A DNA stretch of 63,900 bases, the filler included, from Octopus bimaculoides (Eukaryota), in NCBI RefSeq assembly GCF_001194135.2. It is 8 parts of 7 records of this genome, joined end to end, with 100 filler letters (N's around TTAATTAATTAA, not from the genome) between each part and the next. Parts side by side here need not be neighbours in the genome. Positions count along the whole stretch, not along the records: positions 27,400 to 37,709 come from NC_068981.1; positions 37,810 to 43,547 come from NC_068984.1; positions 43,648 to 50,498 come from NC_068982.1; positions 50,599 to 59,671 come from NC_068981.1; 4 more parts are not named here. The stretch is one strand, 5' to 3'. Under the pieces are notes generated by a model. It searched no databases. It saw nothing but the letters and a program-made list of their open reading frames with translations, and was not told the DNA's origin. Of this stretch, positions 37,543 through 51,361 are shown piece after piece (position 1 is the stretch's first letter; each line of letters starts with the position of its first letter). The position numbers and the translations under genes were made by a program.

Positions 37543-40500
37543 TCATGTAATATCCTGGAAAATATTATATGAATTAAAACTACTACAAATAGATATCAAA
37601 GTAAAATATTAGCATTAAGTAAGAAAATATTGCAGAAATAGACAAAAATAGAAAAAAGTATACATTTACATATCTATATATACACACACACACATACATA
37701 CATACATATNNNNNNNNNNNNNNNNNNNNNNNNNNNNNNNNNNNNNNNNNNNNTTAATTAATTAANNNNNNNNNNNNNNNNNNNNNNNNNNNNNNNNNNN
37801 NNNNNNNNNTATATATATAATAATATAAATAATATATAAACATATGCATATATATATATATATATGTATATCATTCAACCATGGTAGTGGTTGAATATAT
37901 TCTTCAGTCCACCATTTTGTCAATCGCAGCAGATTCCAAGCTTTACCACTAATTCAGTTCTTAAGTAAATTGCAAAATGTTAACAGTTTTAAAGAGGACA
38001 CCTTCTCAGCTACACTTTGGCATAAATAGTTTGAGATTTGGTTCAGTAGAAAAAAAGTTACATCAAAATATCTGCGACCTCAAGGGGGGCAGTAAGGCAG
38101 GTATTCATTTTCAATTAACATCAACTTTTTAATTTTAAAATAAAAGTATATTTTTCTAAGGCTTAAATGATAGAAAAATACATGAGGAATTCAGAATTGT
38201 TAGTCGCACTGAACAAAAATTAGTAGAAAAAAGTTATGGGGTCAAATGCCATGAAATTTTATGTCAGTAAGTAAGGAAGAAGTAACGCTTATGCAATAAG
38301 AATAAAGAATATATTGCTAAACTGAATGTTTACATTCTAAGGTGGCGAGCTGGCAGAAACATTAGCATGCTGGGCGAAATGCTTAGTGGTATTTAGCCTG
38401 TGTTTACATTTTGAGTTCAAATTCCACCAAGGTCGACTTTACTTTTATCCATTGCGGATCTATTCAATTTGACATATAGATTATTTAATTAATTTTTTTA
38501 ACTAAACACTTTGAAACTTCTGATACTAGTAGAATGTGTCACAAACAACAGGGTTTACTCTTACTGTTTTGACAAAATTTTGTATTTTAGAAGGTATTTT
38601 GTCACAAGTTACAGAGTGACAATGGACAAATTTGTGTTTGATAAGTGCCAATACACGAAACTCAGCTTTTGACTTAATCTCTAACTTCTGCCGATGATAT
38701 ATATACATATTATACATATATGTGTAAAAAAAATCTCATCACGCAATCAAACCAATGAAAGAGCTTTTACCTGGTTGCTCAACATGCTAAAAATAGCAGC
38801 CAATGTATCCCCCTACCTAAATTACACGCCCAGTGTATGTACTGTCCTACATTATCCCTAAAAAGACAGTTTTCTGAAAGCTGGAATGACTTTGATGATA
38901 GGTTTGCTGTGTCAGGGTTGATTTGAAGCTAAATAACAACAAAATTATGGTAAATTTCTATATTAACACCCACACGATTTTCACTAAGAAAAAAAAAATT
39001 GGATTTTTTGCATGGAATCAAGTACCCTGAGCTCCTAATATACTGCAAATCCCTTATTTTGTTTTGGCAAAAATGGGGATGGGGCGAGGTGGTATCCGCC
39101 ACTCCTCAACCCTCGAATCATTGGAAATTTTTTTTTGTTGAATGAATTCCTGTGATCTCCTAATATGCTATGAAACCCTTTGTGGATGGGTAATATCAAA
39201 TAATTCAATCACAACATATATTTAAATTAAACATGAAAAAAATTGAAATATTATCATCACTTACATNNNNNNNNNNNNNNNNNNNNNNNNNNNNNNNNNN
39301 NNNNNNNNNNNNNNNNNNNNNNNNNNNNNNNNNNNNNNNNNNNNNNNNNNNNNNNNNNNNNNNNNNNNNNNNNNNNNNNNNNNNNNNNNNNNNNNNNNNN
39401 NNNNNNNNNNNNNNNNNNNNNNNNNNNNNNNNNNNNNNNNNNNNNNNNNNNNNNNNNNNNNNNNNNNNNNNNNNNNNNNNNNNNNNNNNNNNNNNNNNNN
39501 NNNNNNNNNNNNNNNNNNNNNNNNNNNNNNNNNNNNNNNNNNNNNNNNNNNNNNNNNNNNNNNNNNNNNNNNNNNNNNNNNNNNNNNNNNNNNNNNNNNN
39601 NNNNNNNNNNNNNNNNNNNNNNNNNNNNNNNNNNNNNNNNNNNNNNNNNNNNNNNNNNNNNNNNNNNNNNNNNNNNNNNNNNNNNNNNNNNNNNNNNNNN
39701 NNNNNNNNNNNNNNNNNNNNNNNNNNNNNNNNNNNNNNNNNNNNNNNNNNNNNNNNNNNNNNNNNNNNNNNNNNNNNNNNNNNNNNNNNNNNNNNNNNNN
39801 NNNNNNNNNNNNNNNNNNNNNNNNNNNNNNNNNNNNNNNNNNNNNNNNNNNNNNNNNNNNNNNNNNNNNNNNNNNNNNNNNNNNNNNNNNNNNNNNNNNN
39901 NNNNNNNNNNNNNNNNNNNNNNNNNNNNNNNNNNNNNNNNNNNNNNNNNNNNNNNNNNNNNNNNNNNNNNNNNNNNNNNNNNNNNNNNNNNNNNNNNNNN
40001 NNNNNNNNNNNNNNNNNNNNNNNNNNNNATATATTATGGCTTCCCAATTGTTGAATGAGTGGGAGAATCACTAGCAATTGGAAAATATTACAATGTATGT
40101 CCTGCAGTAACTTAAATCCTAATATTATCTTGCAGTTTTCATTGCAAACATGACACATTTTGTTTTGCTTGGATCTCTCTCAGGCATTTGGTATGAGTGA
40201 CATCTGAGTTATGTTTGTATAGCATGTCATATTCCACACATATCAGACATTCTGCTTGCAGGCACTGACTGGTATGAAACTTTGTGCTTAGTAATCTTAC
40301 ATAGTTTCTCATTTGACTTAAAAGACAAATGCAGTTACATACATCAAAATTCTAGTGAAGTAGATTTTTCTCCATTACCTCTATCTTCTAGCAGGTTGTT
40401 ACATCTATGCACACCGTAATATTTAGTCTTCAAATAACACTGAGGCCAAATTTATTGTTCTTTTCCAAGATACTCCATTACCTGCTGTAGATTCTCAGTT

Positions 40501-42541
40501 TTCTTTTGAGATATTGAAAGCAGTCAGTGAAGTACTACAAGGTTAATCCTTAGGCTTGTGTTGTAGGTGTTTATCTTCATATAGTTTACTATAAAGAAGT
40601 TCATTTGGCATGTGTTTATCATCCTCCCTCACAATGTGTCTAGTCCATTTTAACCTGTGGTTATGTACATGCACATGTGCTTGTGTATATATTATTTTTA
40701 TAGGGGTGGAGTAGTTTTAAGAAAAGGGGAGGGATCTGAAACCGGGTACTACAATGTTACTTTGATGTGTTCTGAATGTATCTCATTCCTCTCTTGCACT
40801 GAAGACATTTCTCTAGTGCTAATTCTTAGAAATGTATCTCTCTGGCATCACTTTACTGTTCCTGTTTCCCCTCTGCAAATCTGTTTAACCAAGTCAACTA
40901 CACTAAGCTATTTCTGATTCACAGTCAAGAGAATCAAACAAAACCTGAGTACATTATTAGCTCTTTGGATAAAATTAAATGATAAATTAAACCAAATGTT
41001 GCTGAATTTCTCAATGTGGTTGTCATGGAGGTTAAGACATTCAATATGGAGGATGGGAGAAGAGTTTTATAAAGACAACAAAATAATGAATAGAAAAATA
41101 TGTCTAGGTTACTGCATTGGCTGTGCACTTCAATTATGCTAGTATACATAGCAGTAGTGTGATGTGCTTAAACACACCACACTACAAATTTGGTGTGCTC
41201 ATTTGAATATATATTGTCATGTGTTTAGTTGTGTATGTATTGGAAGGATGTTTAGTAGTGTATTCATCAGTAATGTGTAAATTAGTGAGTTTATGTGCAA
41301 GTGAGAATAAGTTTGTAGTGTTGGTGTACTGCGGAGTTGTGTGATGTATAGTGTGGCATGGTGTGGTGTTGCATGATGTAGGATAGTGTTGTGTGGTATA
41401 TCTAATGTGATGAGGTGTAGAGTGGCTTGCTATAGCAAGCATTATACATCACTACATTATATGTAGTGATGTATAATGAGATGTGGTTTGATACTGTGTA
41501 ATGTAGGTTAAGTGTATAGTGATGTAGTGGTAGGATATAGTCACGTGCAGTTCAGTAAGTTCAGTAAGATGTGGTGTAATGCAGTGTGGTGCAAAAGACA
41601 AATCTTGTACACAGGATTTTGAGTTATTTGTATCAAATGATCAGGATATCTGTCTGTTAAATGTTTTCATTTACAGAAATAAAATGAATACTGACTGTCA
41701 CTGAATTTGACTAAGGTACTATACTTTGAAGATTTCTAATGTCTTTTCTAACTCTATTGGAAAGGTGGGGAAGGGTGAATGGCTACTATTCAAAGTGAAA
41801 AACATGTGTGCACGCGCATGCACGCACGCACACACCATACAATTCATTTACTAAAGTGAATAGTGAAAGTAACACTAAAGTTTCAACAGCCAAACAGGAG
41901 AGGAAATAGTTAATTGATCAAGACTTAAAGAAATTTGACTTAAAATATATAAACACCAATGATACCAATTCTATATAAAACAATCTTAAACTAATTAAGT
42001 TTTTAATTTCTTTTCATTTCTGAAAATGTGAACCACACAGAAATTATTTTTTAAAAGACAGGCTAGAAAATATTGCATATAGAGGGAGACTGTCTTCTGA
42101 TTGTGTATACTAAGAATACACAATACTGTTTATGAAAATTAAGAATACACAATATTGTTTATGAAAATTAAGAAAGTACTTAAAATGAAAGTAGAATTTC
42201 TCAAGAAATAGTTAAACAGAAACATATAAAACTAGAAACATAAATCTATCTGTATTCAAAGATCTTTTTTGTGCTCAGGAGGAACTCAATTGCAACATTG
42301 TGAAATAGTAAACCAGGGGGAAAAATGATAAAGCAATTATAGAGAAGTATTGTATAGAATTTTGAAAAGAACAAATTTGCTTGATAAGTAGAAAAATGCA
42401 AACAATTATTATTATTATTATTACTAATTAGTATTATAATTTAAAAACTTCATGGAGGAAAACAAAATAAAAACTACAGGTGTACATTAGAAAGTTGATG
42501 AAATGCAATTAAGAAATAAAACATATACAGCTCTTCTCAGT

Positions 42542-42578
<37 letters not shown>

Positions 42579-43703
42579 CGCCGCCGCCACCACCACCACC
42601 ACAACAACATGCAGTCTGACAACTGTGTGAAATATCAAATGTAACAATGCTGCATATGCAAACTGAAAATGGTGTACTAATCACAAATGGTCTTGGAAAT
42701 CAACAGAAATGAAAAAAAGAAACTTAAATACAGGTCATGCTATAGCTTTCTTTATTATTCTGGAATTGTAACAACTTGGAATACACCAACTTTTAATACC
42801 TTTCAAAAATTGAAGTCTTAGTCTAGGTAGTAATAATCTATGGCACTTTGGCTGAATGTAGTTGGCTCTTCATCACTTTTTGTATGGCACACATGATTAT
42901 ATAACAAACAATCTTCAGGTCATATTTAAATTCAACAACCTTCTTTCTCACTTTCATTCATTTTATCGATCCCAAGATCAATAATTCATGATTTCATTAT
43001 TATCATTATCATAATTTTAATGACTGCATATACATGCTTGCATGAAATAGAAGAAACTTGCTAGGACACATTTCTACCAGTCCAGATGCACTTTCAGTTA
43101 CAAAGCTTAATGCTCTAAGAACACTGTAAAACCTGACATGGATAGCTGCAATCATCATCGTTTAACGTCCGCTTCCATGCTAGCATGGGTTGGACGATTT
43201 GACTGAGGACTGGTGAACCAGATGACTGCAGCAGGCTCCAATCTGACCTGGCAGAGTTCCTAACGCCAACCACTTAGAGAGTGTAGTGGGTGCTTTTACG
43301 TGCCACCAGCACGAAGGCCAGTCAGGTGGTACTGGCAACAGCCACGCTCAAAATGGTGTATTTTATGTGCCACTCGCACAAGAGCCAGTCCAGGGGCACT
43401 TGCAACGATCTCGCTCGAAAGTCCTTACACATGCCGCGGGCACAAGTGCCAGAAAGGCGTCACTGGGCACAGGTGCCATCACAATTTCACTTTTGCTTGC
43501 CCCAATAAGTCTTCGCAAGCTGAGTTTCGTGTCCAATGAGGGAGACGNNNNNNNNNNNNNNNNNNNNNNNNNNNNNNNNNNNNNNNNNNNNTTAATTAAT
43601 TAANNNNNNNNNNNNNNNNNNNNNNNNNNNNNNNNNNNNNNNNNNNNTTCTAATCTAGGTCCAAAGCTCCTTCATCGGTATTTCAACAATATCAATAGTC
43701 TTT

Positions 43704-43752
43704 TTGTATGTATGTATGCATGTATGTATGTATGTATGTATGTATGTATGTA

Positions 43753-43785
<33 letters not shown>

Positions 43786-43924
43786 GTGTATGTATGTATG
43801 TATGTATGTATGTATGTATGTGTATGTATGTATGTGTATGTATGTATGCATGTATGTATGTATGTATGTGTGTGTATGTATGTATGTATGTATGTATGTG
43901 TATGTATGTATGTATGTATGTATA
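43704..43924. repeat. (TATG)n microsatellite; one example of very abundant (AT)n, (AC)n, (AG)n, (AGAT)n, (AAT)n, (CTT)n and (AGT)n tracts
   Basis: Directly visible; most N gaps are bordered by such tracts. Confidence 0.95.
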
Positions 43925-44716
43925 CGTGCAGTATTTGGAGTCAGTGCATGTGCAGACTTGTATACTTTGTTTAATGTATGTATTCTCATGCATATAGTTG
44001 CATGTCTAGACATGCGCATATATATAATTAAATGATAAACATGAAAATTCTACAGACTTTTACTGTCCCAGTGATGACTTGGATCTGTAGTCTTCGAACC
44101 AGCTGTCTTCTTCCTGGTTTTGAGAAGTCTAATTTCTCAAGATTAGTACTTAGGCTGTGTGTTATATATCTCAGTTCCCCAATAATTACAAGTATAAACC
44201 TGAACTTGTAATCTGGGTATAGTAACTGTAGGCTTCTCAAACTTTCAGTGTAGGTATTTTCTTTTTCACTGATCTTAAGCTTTAATTTAACATCCGCTGG
44301 GCAGCTGATTTCCACAACGGTACACAGTTTGTCTTCTCCATCTCAAATCATTTTGTCTGGTCTATTATGTTTACATTTTATTGAAGTTTTCAATGGGACA
44401 TTCCGCCAGCACTCCTTATTATGAGTGGCTATGTTTTCTACCATAATGTGGTTTCTTATTTCTTTGGCCTTAGGGTTATTCTTCCTACGGATCTCATGAT
44501 ACAGTGCTTTAGTTACATCATGTCTCATCGGCAGATAATACCGTGATAACATTTTCAGACAACTGCTTATGATGTAGGTAATATCTTCGGTGTTAACTCC
44601 ACTAAGTCTTCATCGGTTACAACTTTTTGCTGCTTTTCCTGCGTCTCTGTCCCTTTTGTGCATTAGGTATTTGGTTGATATTTCCTGTTCCTGGATTGCA
44701 AACGCATACTCTTCAT
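43925..44716 (-). mobile_element. 5'-truncated R4-clade RLE retrotransposon flanked by (CATA)n-type repeats
   Basis: Decayed CCHC knuckle (*RLSGVNTEDITYIISSC), RHD, NVPLKTSIKCKHNRPD, EISCPAD, KENTY endonuclease motifs. Confidence 0.85.
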
Positions 44717-44879
44717 ATGTATGCATGCATATATGTATGTATTTATGTGTGTATGTGAGTGCATGTATGTATGTCACCTTTTTTTCAAGGCCAGCTTGAT
44801 GTATTGCTGAACAGTCAACAGGATTGCATAAACATTTAAGGTATAGTTGAGAATAATTTAGCTGACATAGAGGACTGGA

Positions 44880-45500
44880 AGCCATCTGAATATTGGAAAA
44901 GAGTTACTCTCATGATGACTTGTGCCGGCTATGAAAATGCTGAAATCATGACTACGGCTCAATGTTCCATGAACACTGTAAAAGCTGTAAGACATGACAT
45001 GGGCATCATGAAATCTAAGTTCCCCCAAACTACGAAGATCTTTGGATGTGTCTCCAGTGAAGGTGACGTAATGTCGCCCCATATCTTTGAACAAGGTCTT
45101 AGGCTCAATTCAGATGACTATCTGAAGCTGCTAGAGACTGGTCAAACTATGGTTGCAGAAGGTTGCTACCAGGAGGTAATATGTATGGCAGCAGGATTGG
45201 GCTTCTTGCTATATTACTGGAAAGAGTCAGAAGTGGTTGTCGGGGGATTTCTACGACTTCACAAACCGCAATTCCTGGCCCCCTAATTTTTCCGGATTGT
45301 AATCCCATGGATTACTATGTGTAGGGCACAAATGCGAAAGTCACCAATCGTTCTACTTAAGACATCAACGCCGAGCTGGTGGCCAAGATCAAACAGGTGT
45401 TCAAAGATCTTTCCAGCGACACGTTGAGGAAAGCACGCGCCAAGTTTCGGAGCCATCTTGAAGTCGTAGTGGAAGCAGATGGCAGCTATTTTCAGTAAAC
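44880..45500 (+). mobile_element. Tc1/mariner superfamily (maT/DD37D-like) transposase remnant, internally deleted
   Basis: KFPQTTKIFGCVSSEGDVMSPHIFEQGLRLNSDDY, decayed WQQDSAPC, WPPN.PDCNPMDYYV, HLEVVVEADGSYFQ*. Confidence 0.85.
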
Positions 45501-45705
45501 TGTTATCTCCCAGCTATAATCTGGTTGATATTTTTCATTTTTGAAAAAACAATTTTTTTATGGGATGTTGTTTTCTTTTCCTTTTATGGAAACTGTTAAA
45601 TTTAGCCAGAATACGATGTACATAGACATATTCATACACACACATATGATTTCATACAGACGCACATGCGTATGTATGTATGTGTGTAAGTATGTATACA
45701 TATAC

Positions 45706-45762
<57 letters not shown>

Positions 45763-47527
45763 NNNNNNNNNNNNNNNNNNNNNNNNNNNNNNNNNNNNNN
45801 NNNNNNNNNNNNNNNNNNNNNNNNNNNNNNNNNNNNNNNNNNNNNNNNNNNNNNNNNNNNNNNNNNNNNNNNNNNNNNNNNNNNNNNNNNNNNNNNNNNN
45901 NNNNNNNNNNNNNNNNNNNNNNNNNNNNNNNNNNNNNNNTTTTCAGTAAACTGTTATCTCCCAGCTATAATCTGGTTGATATTTTTCATTTTTGAAAAAA
46001 CAATTTTTTTATGGGATGTTGTTTTCTTTTCCTTTTATGGAAACTGTTAAATTTAGCCAGAATACGATGTACATAGACATATTCATACACACACATATGA
46101 TTTCATACAGACGCACATGCGTATGTATGTATGTGTGTAAGTATGTATACATATACATACATACACACACATACATACATATGCATACACATATATAAGA
46201 ATAAACACAAAAATAGATGGCCCAATGATTCTCGTGGATGATTAATATTTGGAAGTCTATGAACACCCATGGCCTCCTCGCTTCGTTTAGTTTCAGCATC
46301 AGGGTTAGTGTTCCATGCTTCTGGTCCCATCAGACTTAGAAGATTGGACAGAGTTCTTCATCTGCTCTGTGTGTACACCGAACTCTTCCTTGTCCCTAGA
46401 GAAGCAGAGAGATGCCAACCTCTCCTTACGAATCTCCTCCCAAAACTCTTATGGCAGCGTGACGTCTACTTGAAGACGCACCTCACCCGTTTCTCTTCAT
46501 TTTCCGGGTTTCCACATGTTCAAGTGCATTCAAACTCCGACCGCGTTCATAATGTTGATGTTACAGTTGCGTCTCTATTGCTCTTGTTTACTTCGCTACA
46601 AGTGTTCGCACTACGATTGGCTCTAGCATTGCTGCTTGTGAGGCTGTCTATGGTGGCGGAGGTGATAGGGGATGTCAGCTTTTAGAATAAATTTTAGGGG
46701 CGTTAGCATTGATAGTGTCATCGTAGTTACATCACTGGTGGTGGGTTGCTGGTGAAGATGGTGGAAGTGCTTTTTTTATGGCCCTAATTTGAATGATCAA
46801 ATGAAAATTACATCCTTTTCATTTTTCCGTTCTTTTTCATTATGGAGAACATTTTGTTTCGTAACAACCCTCCTCCTGCTCCTCCTCCTGCTCCTCCTCC
46901 TCCTTTGTCTTCTTCTTCTTCTTCTTCTTCTTCTTCTTCTTCTTCTTCTTCTTCTTCTTCTTCTTCTTCTTCTTCTTCTTCTTCTTCTTCTTCTTCTTCT
47001 TNNNNNNNNNNNNNNNNNNNNNNNNNNNNNNNNNNNNNNNNNNNNNNNNNNNNNNNNNNNNNNNNNNNNNNNNNNNNNNNNNNNNNNNNNNNNNNNNNNN
47101 NNNNNNNNNNNNNNNNNNNNNNNNNNNNNNNNNNNNNNNNNNNNNNNNNNNNNNNNNNNNNNNNNNNNNNNNNNNNNNNNNNNNNNNNNNNNNNNNNNNN
47201 NNNNNNNNNNNNNNNNNNNNNNNNNNNNNNNNNNNNNNNNNNNNNNNNNNNNNNNNNNNNNNNNNNNNNNNNNNNNNNNNNNNNNNNNNNNNNNNNNNNN
47301 NNNNNNNNNNNNNNNNNNNNNNNNNNNNNNNNNNNNNNNNNNNNNNNNNNNNNNNNNNNNNNNNNNNNNNNNNNNNNNNNNNNNNNNNNNNNNNNNNNNN
47401 NNNNNNNNNNNNNNNNNNNNNNNNNNNNNNNNNNNNNNNNNNNNNNNNNNNNNNNNNNNNNNNNNNNNNNNNNNNNNNNNNNNNNNNNNNNNNNNNNNNN
47501 NNNNNNNNNNNNNNNNNNNNNNNNNNN

Positions 47528-47940
47528 TCCCTGATTATCTATGACTTCCTTCCATCTATTTACAACGTTTTTAATCCCATCAATGTAAAATTCTTTTGGT
47601 TTCAAAGCGAAGAACTCTGAAATGTCAGTTTCGACCTCCTCCTGGCTTGCGAAAGTTATGTCCCTCAAATGATTCTGTAAACTACGAAACAAATGGTAGT
47701 CTGAAGGACCAAGGTCGGGAGAATAAGGTGAATGAAGAATGTTTTCCCAACCAAGCTCTTCGATCTTCTGTGATGTGATCTTAGCAAGTGTGGGGTCGTG
47801 CATTGTCCTGATGAAACATCACTCCTTTTCGATTCACTAAAGCGGGTCTTTTTTGCTTTAAAGCTTGGTTCAAACGCTCTAATTGCTGACAGTAGACTTG
47901 AGCATTGATTGTTGCATGTGGTGTTAACAATTCAAAGTGA
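47528..47940 (-). mobile_element. mariner transposase C-terminal remnant
   Basis: FHQDNARPH-like region, KIEELGWENILHSPYSPDLGPSDYHLFRSLQNHL, RWKEVIDNQG. Confidence 0.92.
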
Positions 47941-49639
47941 GTTACTCCTTTGCAATCCCACCAGATAGAGAAAAGAACCTTTTCCCCATGAAGTTCCCTT
48001 CTTCGATTGTGGTTGAGTCTTTTTCCTTTTTATCAAGCCACTGTTTACAACATTTGACATTTCGATATAAGATCTATTTTTCGTCAACAGTCACAAGTCT
48101 ATCTATCTATAAGATCGAGTTATCGTCATGGTAGACATTTCAAAGTCATTGTCTTGTGGAGCTATTAGCGATAGCATGATAGACGAGTCAAAGATAATAA
48201 GACGCGGAATACCGCTACAGCATAATAGTGGCGACAAGAATATCACAGTGCCAACAATAACATGCAAGTGGACGAGGATCCACATTATAGCAATTAAGTA
48301 ATTTGACATTAAGCTAATGTTTTTCAAGGACTTTTGTAAAGCTTCCCCGAAAGGCAAGATATGAACCGTCGCGAGTGCCATCATAGAATCGCTGGACACT
48401 GTTAAGGGATCATGCTGAACACTACCTTTTCAATGAAGTAGTGAGCAGGTTTTAAGGCTTATCAGATGATAAAGTCCAAGTCTAATAGTCCCATCATATT
48501 ATGTTGAGCGACTGTTTTAATGTTGAGTTTTTCTCTAGAAAATTATCCCAGCATTCCAACAGGCATCTACTTCTAACAGCCCTTATTTCCAAGCAAGTGT
48601 TTCTATTTATACCTCATTAACAAGACCTTGACAAAAGTCAGTGCCCTAATGGCAAAGCAAGGATAATAAAGGTAGGCACGCTGCCAATGTGTCTGTTCTT
48701 TATACATGAACTAGGAGAGAGAGACTCGACATCACATGATAGGGATGGCTGTCGGGAGTGATGAAAAGATGACACGTGCAGAGACAATGAAGTTTCCTGA
48801 TTATATTTTATCATTGCTTTATTTCATTTTTAATTTTTTTCTTCTTTTCTCTCTCCCCTTATCCCCCCCCCCTCTCTCTCTCTCTCTCTCTTTCTTTTTG
48901 TAAATTTTGTGAAGTACGACGAAGCATTACGTGACTCAAATACCCAGAAGCTGTCATAAATCCCCACACTAACATCTGCTTCTANNNNNNNNNNNNNNNN
49001 NNNNNNNNNNNNNNNNNNNNNNNNNNNNNNNNNNNNNNNNNNNNNNNNNNNNNNNNNNNNNNNNNNNNNNNNNNNNNNNNNNNNNNNNNNNNNNNNNNNN
49101 NNNNNNNNNNNNNNNNNNNNNNNNNNNNNNNNNNNNNNNNNNNNNNNNNNNNNNNNNNNNNNNNNNNNNNNNNNNNNNNNNNNTATATACACAAGAATAC
49201 AAAGTAAATGAAATGAATTGTTCGTCTTTGTTAATTGCTAAAGCTGTTAGACTATTGTTACGAGGTGAACTATCAAGGTTGTGATAGTAGTTTTTACACT
49301 AATTAATATATGTATATATATATTTAATTGTAGCAGTGCAGATGACAAAGTACTATTGAAGGCGACGGTGACAGAGAGAAATCATATTTCTAGTAGCCCC
49401 AAGTCAATCCTGATTAAGTTGACCTACTCTGGCACAATTTGTTGATATGTTGAAAGCAGTGGTAATGATATTACTGTCAGTAAAATGTCTGCTGTTTGTG
49501 CTTGGGGTTATAAGGGCGCTAAATGTGGTTTTGGTAACGTTTACTGTTTGTTGTAATCATAATTACAACTTAGCTGTTCGTATCAGTGGCATTGTTAGAG
49601 AGGATGCATATGTGTGTGTGTGTGTGAATGCGCGCGCGC

Positions 49640-49677
<38 letters not shown>

Positions 49678-49839
49678 AATGGAAAGAAAGATAGAGTAAA
49701 AGAGTAACACAATTACAAGATTGTTTCTGATGAGGCCCACAGTACGAGTATAATTTAATGGGGATATAGCAAGAGTGGGCGTAATGTCTGTAGTGGCAGG
49801 ACCCGTCCAAGTAGAAATGCTGTATGAAGTAGTAGTAGC

Positions 49840-49880
<41 letters not shown>

Positions 49881-49938
49881 CAGTAGCAGCAGCAGCTTCA
49901 GCAACATTAGCAGCAGCAGCAGCAGCTTCAGCAACATT

Positions 49939-49973
<35 letters not shown>

Positions 49974-50459
49974 TAGTAATAGTAGTGGTAGGTGCTAGTT
50001 ATGGTAGTACAGGTGGTGGTAGTGGGAATAGAAGCGATACCGGTGATAATGATGATAGTTGTATATAAGGTGGCGTTGGAAGTGGTAAAGTTTGTGATTG
50101 TAATGGTCGTAGTAGCTGTTGTAGTTCTGGTGATTGTGGTTATATGCTCGTTGCGGTGATGCTATAAATCTGACTGAACACGTGGCACCAATTGTGGCAC
50201 GCATAATGTTAATGCTTATTCGCTTATTATGTGGAAGCATCGATTTTATTGGGAAGCAGTTCTTATGGCCAAGATGAGTGTAAAATAGTATTGGTGATAG
50301 TATTCTAGTAAGAGCATTGATGGTTACTTCTTTTTGTTATGGAGGTGGTGCTTGTGGTAGTGGTGGTGTTTCAGAATTGATAGTAGAAATGATAGCTTGG
50401 GTAAGTGTATCTTTGAGTGATTTTGTGCGTTTATGTGTGTGTGTGTTTGCTTGAGTGTG

Positions 50460-50498
<39 letters not shown>

Positions 50499-51361
50499 NN
50501 NNNNNNNNNNNNNNNNNNNNNNNNNNNNNNNNNNNNNNNNNNTTAATTAATTAANNNNNNNNNNNNNNNNNNNNNNNNNNNNNNNNNNNNNNNNNNNNTA
50601 TATATATATATATATATGTTGGCATACATAATATAATGCTAGAAGAATTTGAGATTCTTAGCAAATAATTTCATACTGCTGTTGGCATATTTTTTAGTCA
50701 TTAGTTGAGAATATTCCGTTGTTAATACTGTAAATTTTAATTCCACAGGAATTAGGAATTACTAGCGAACACATAGATCGGTATTAATACACATTCATGC
50801 GCACGTGCATACACACAGACACACAGACACACAGACACACACTCACTCAACTATATATGTATTATGTATATATGTACGTTACGCACACACACAAAGGAAA
50901 GCATTTTTTCATTGATGGTCCCTCATTCTGGTACTACCGATATTACAAGCCTAGAGACTTATACGCGCTAAATAAAAGAATTATAAATCAATATTCTTGC
51001 AAACCTCTGCCAAATTCTTTGAACACATCTTGGCATAGGATCAATGCCATTTTTCTTAATCCGAAAAGTGTTATCGAAAACAGGGTCGATATTTTTTGGC
51101 GATTATAATATAAATCTCCGTATCAGTGATCTCTTAGTAGTTTCTGGCAAACCTTAGTCACTTTTCATTAATCGTTTAGTAACAAGGGTAATAATCTATT
51201 AAATCAAACTGTGAGCGTGTATCTTGTTTCTTATTTATGATATCAAAATCCATTATGACTAAAAGCGCCCTTGTTTCATAAAGATAGAATAAAATCTCTT
51301 AGTTTGAGTATTATACACTTCAATGTTATTTATAACTTTAATATTAATGTATATTTTAACA

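Noticed and set aside
40520-40660. Possible minus-strand exon LKWTRHIVREDDKHMPNELLYSKL
   Set aside because: It is a decayed RTE LINE C-terminus (LRWxGHVxRM..PK.LLYGEL); the 62400-62800 segment looks like similar LINE debris.
41200-41600. Low-complexity GT-rich stretch with a Thr/His-rich ORF
   Set aside because: Degenerate pentanucleotide simple repeat.
42110-42172. 29-bp tandem duplication (and a roughly 27-bp one at about 49885-49945)
   Set aside because: Ordinary slippage duplications with no further structure.
45491-46190. About 230-bp direct duplication on either side of a gap
   Set aside because: Near-identical contig ends differing only in the microsatellite; most likely an unmerged overlap or allelic haplotypes.
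46808-47803. Transposase apparently fused to a poly-Glu tail
   Set aside because: Read-through across a gap into a (CTT)n microsatellite.
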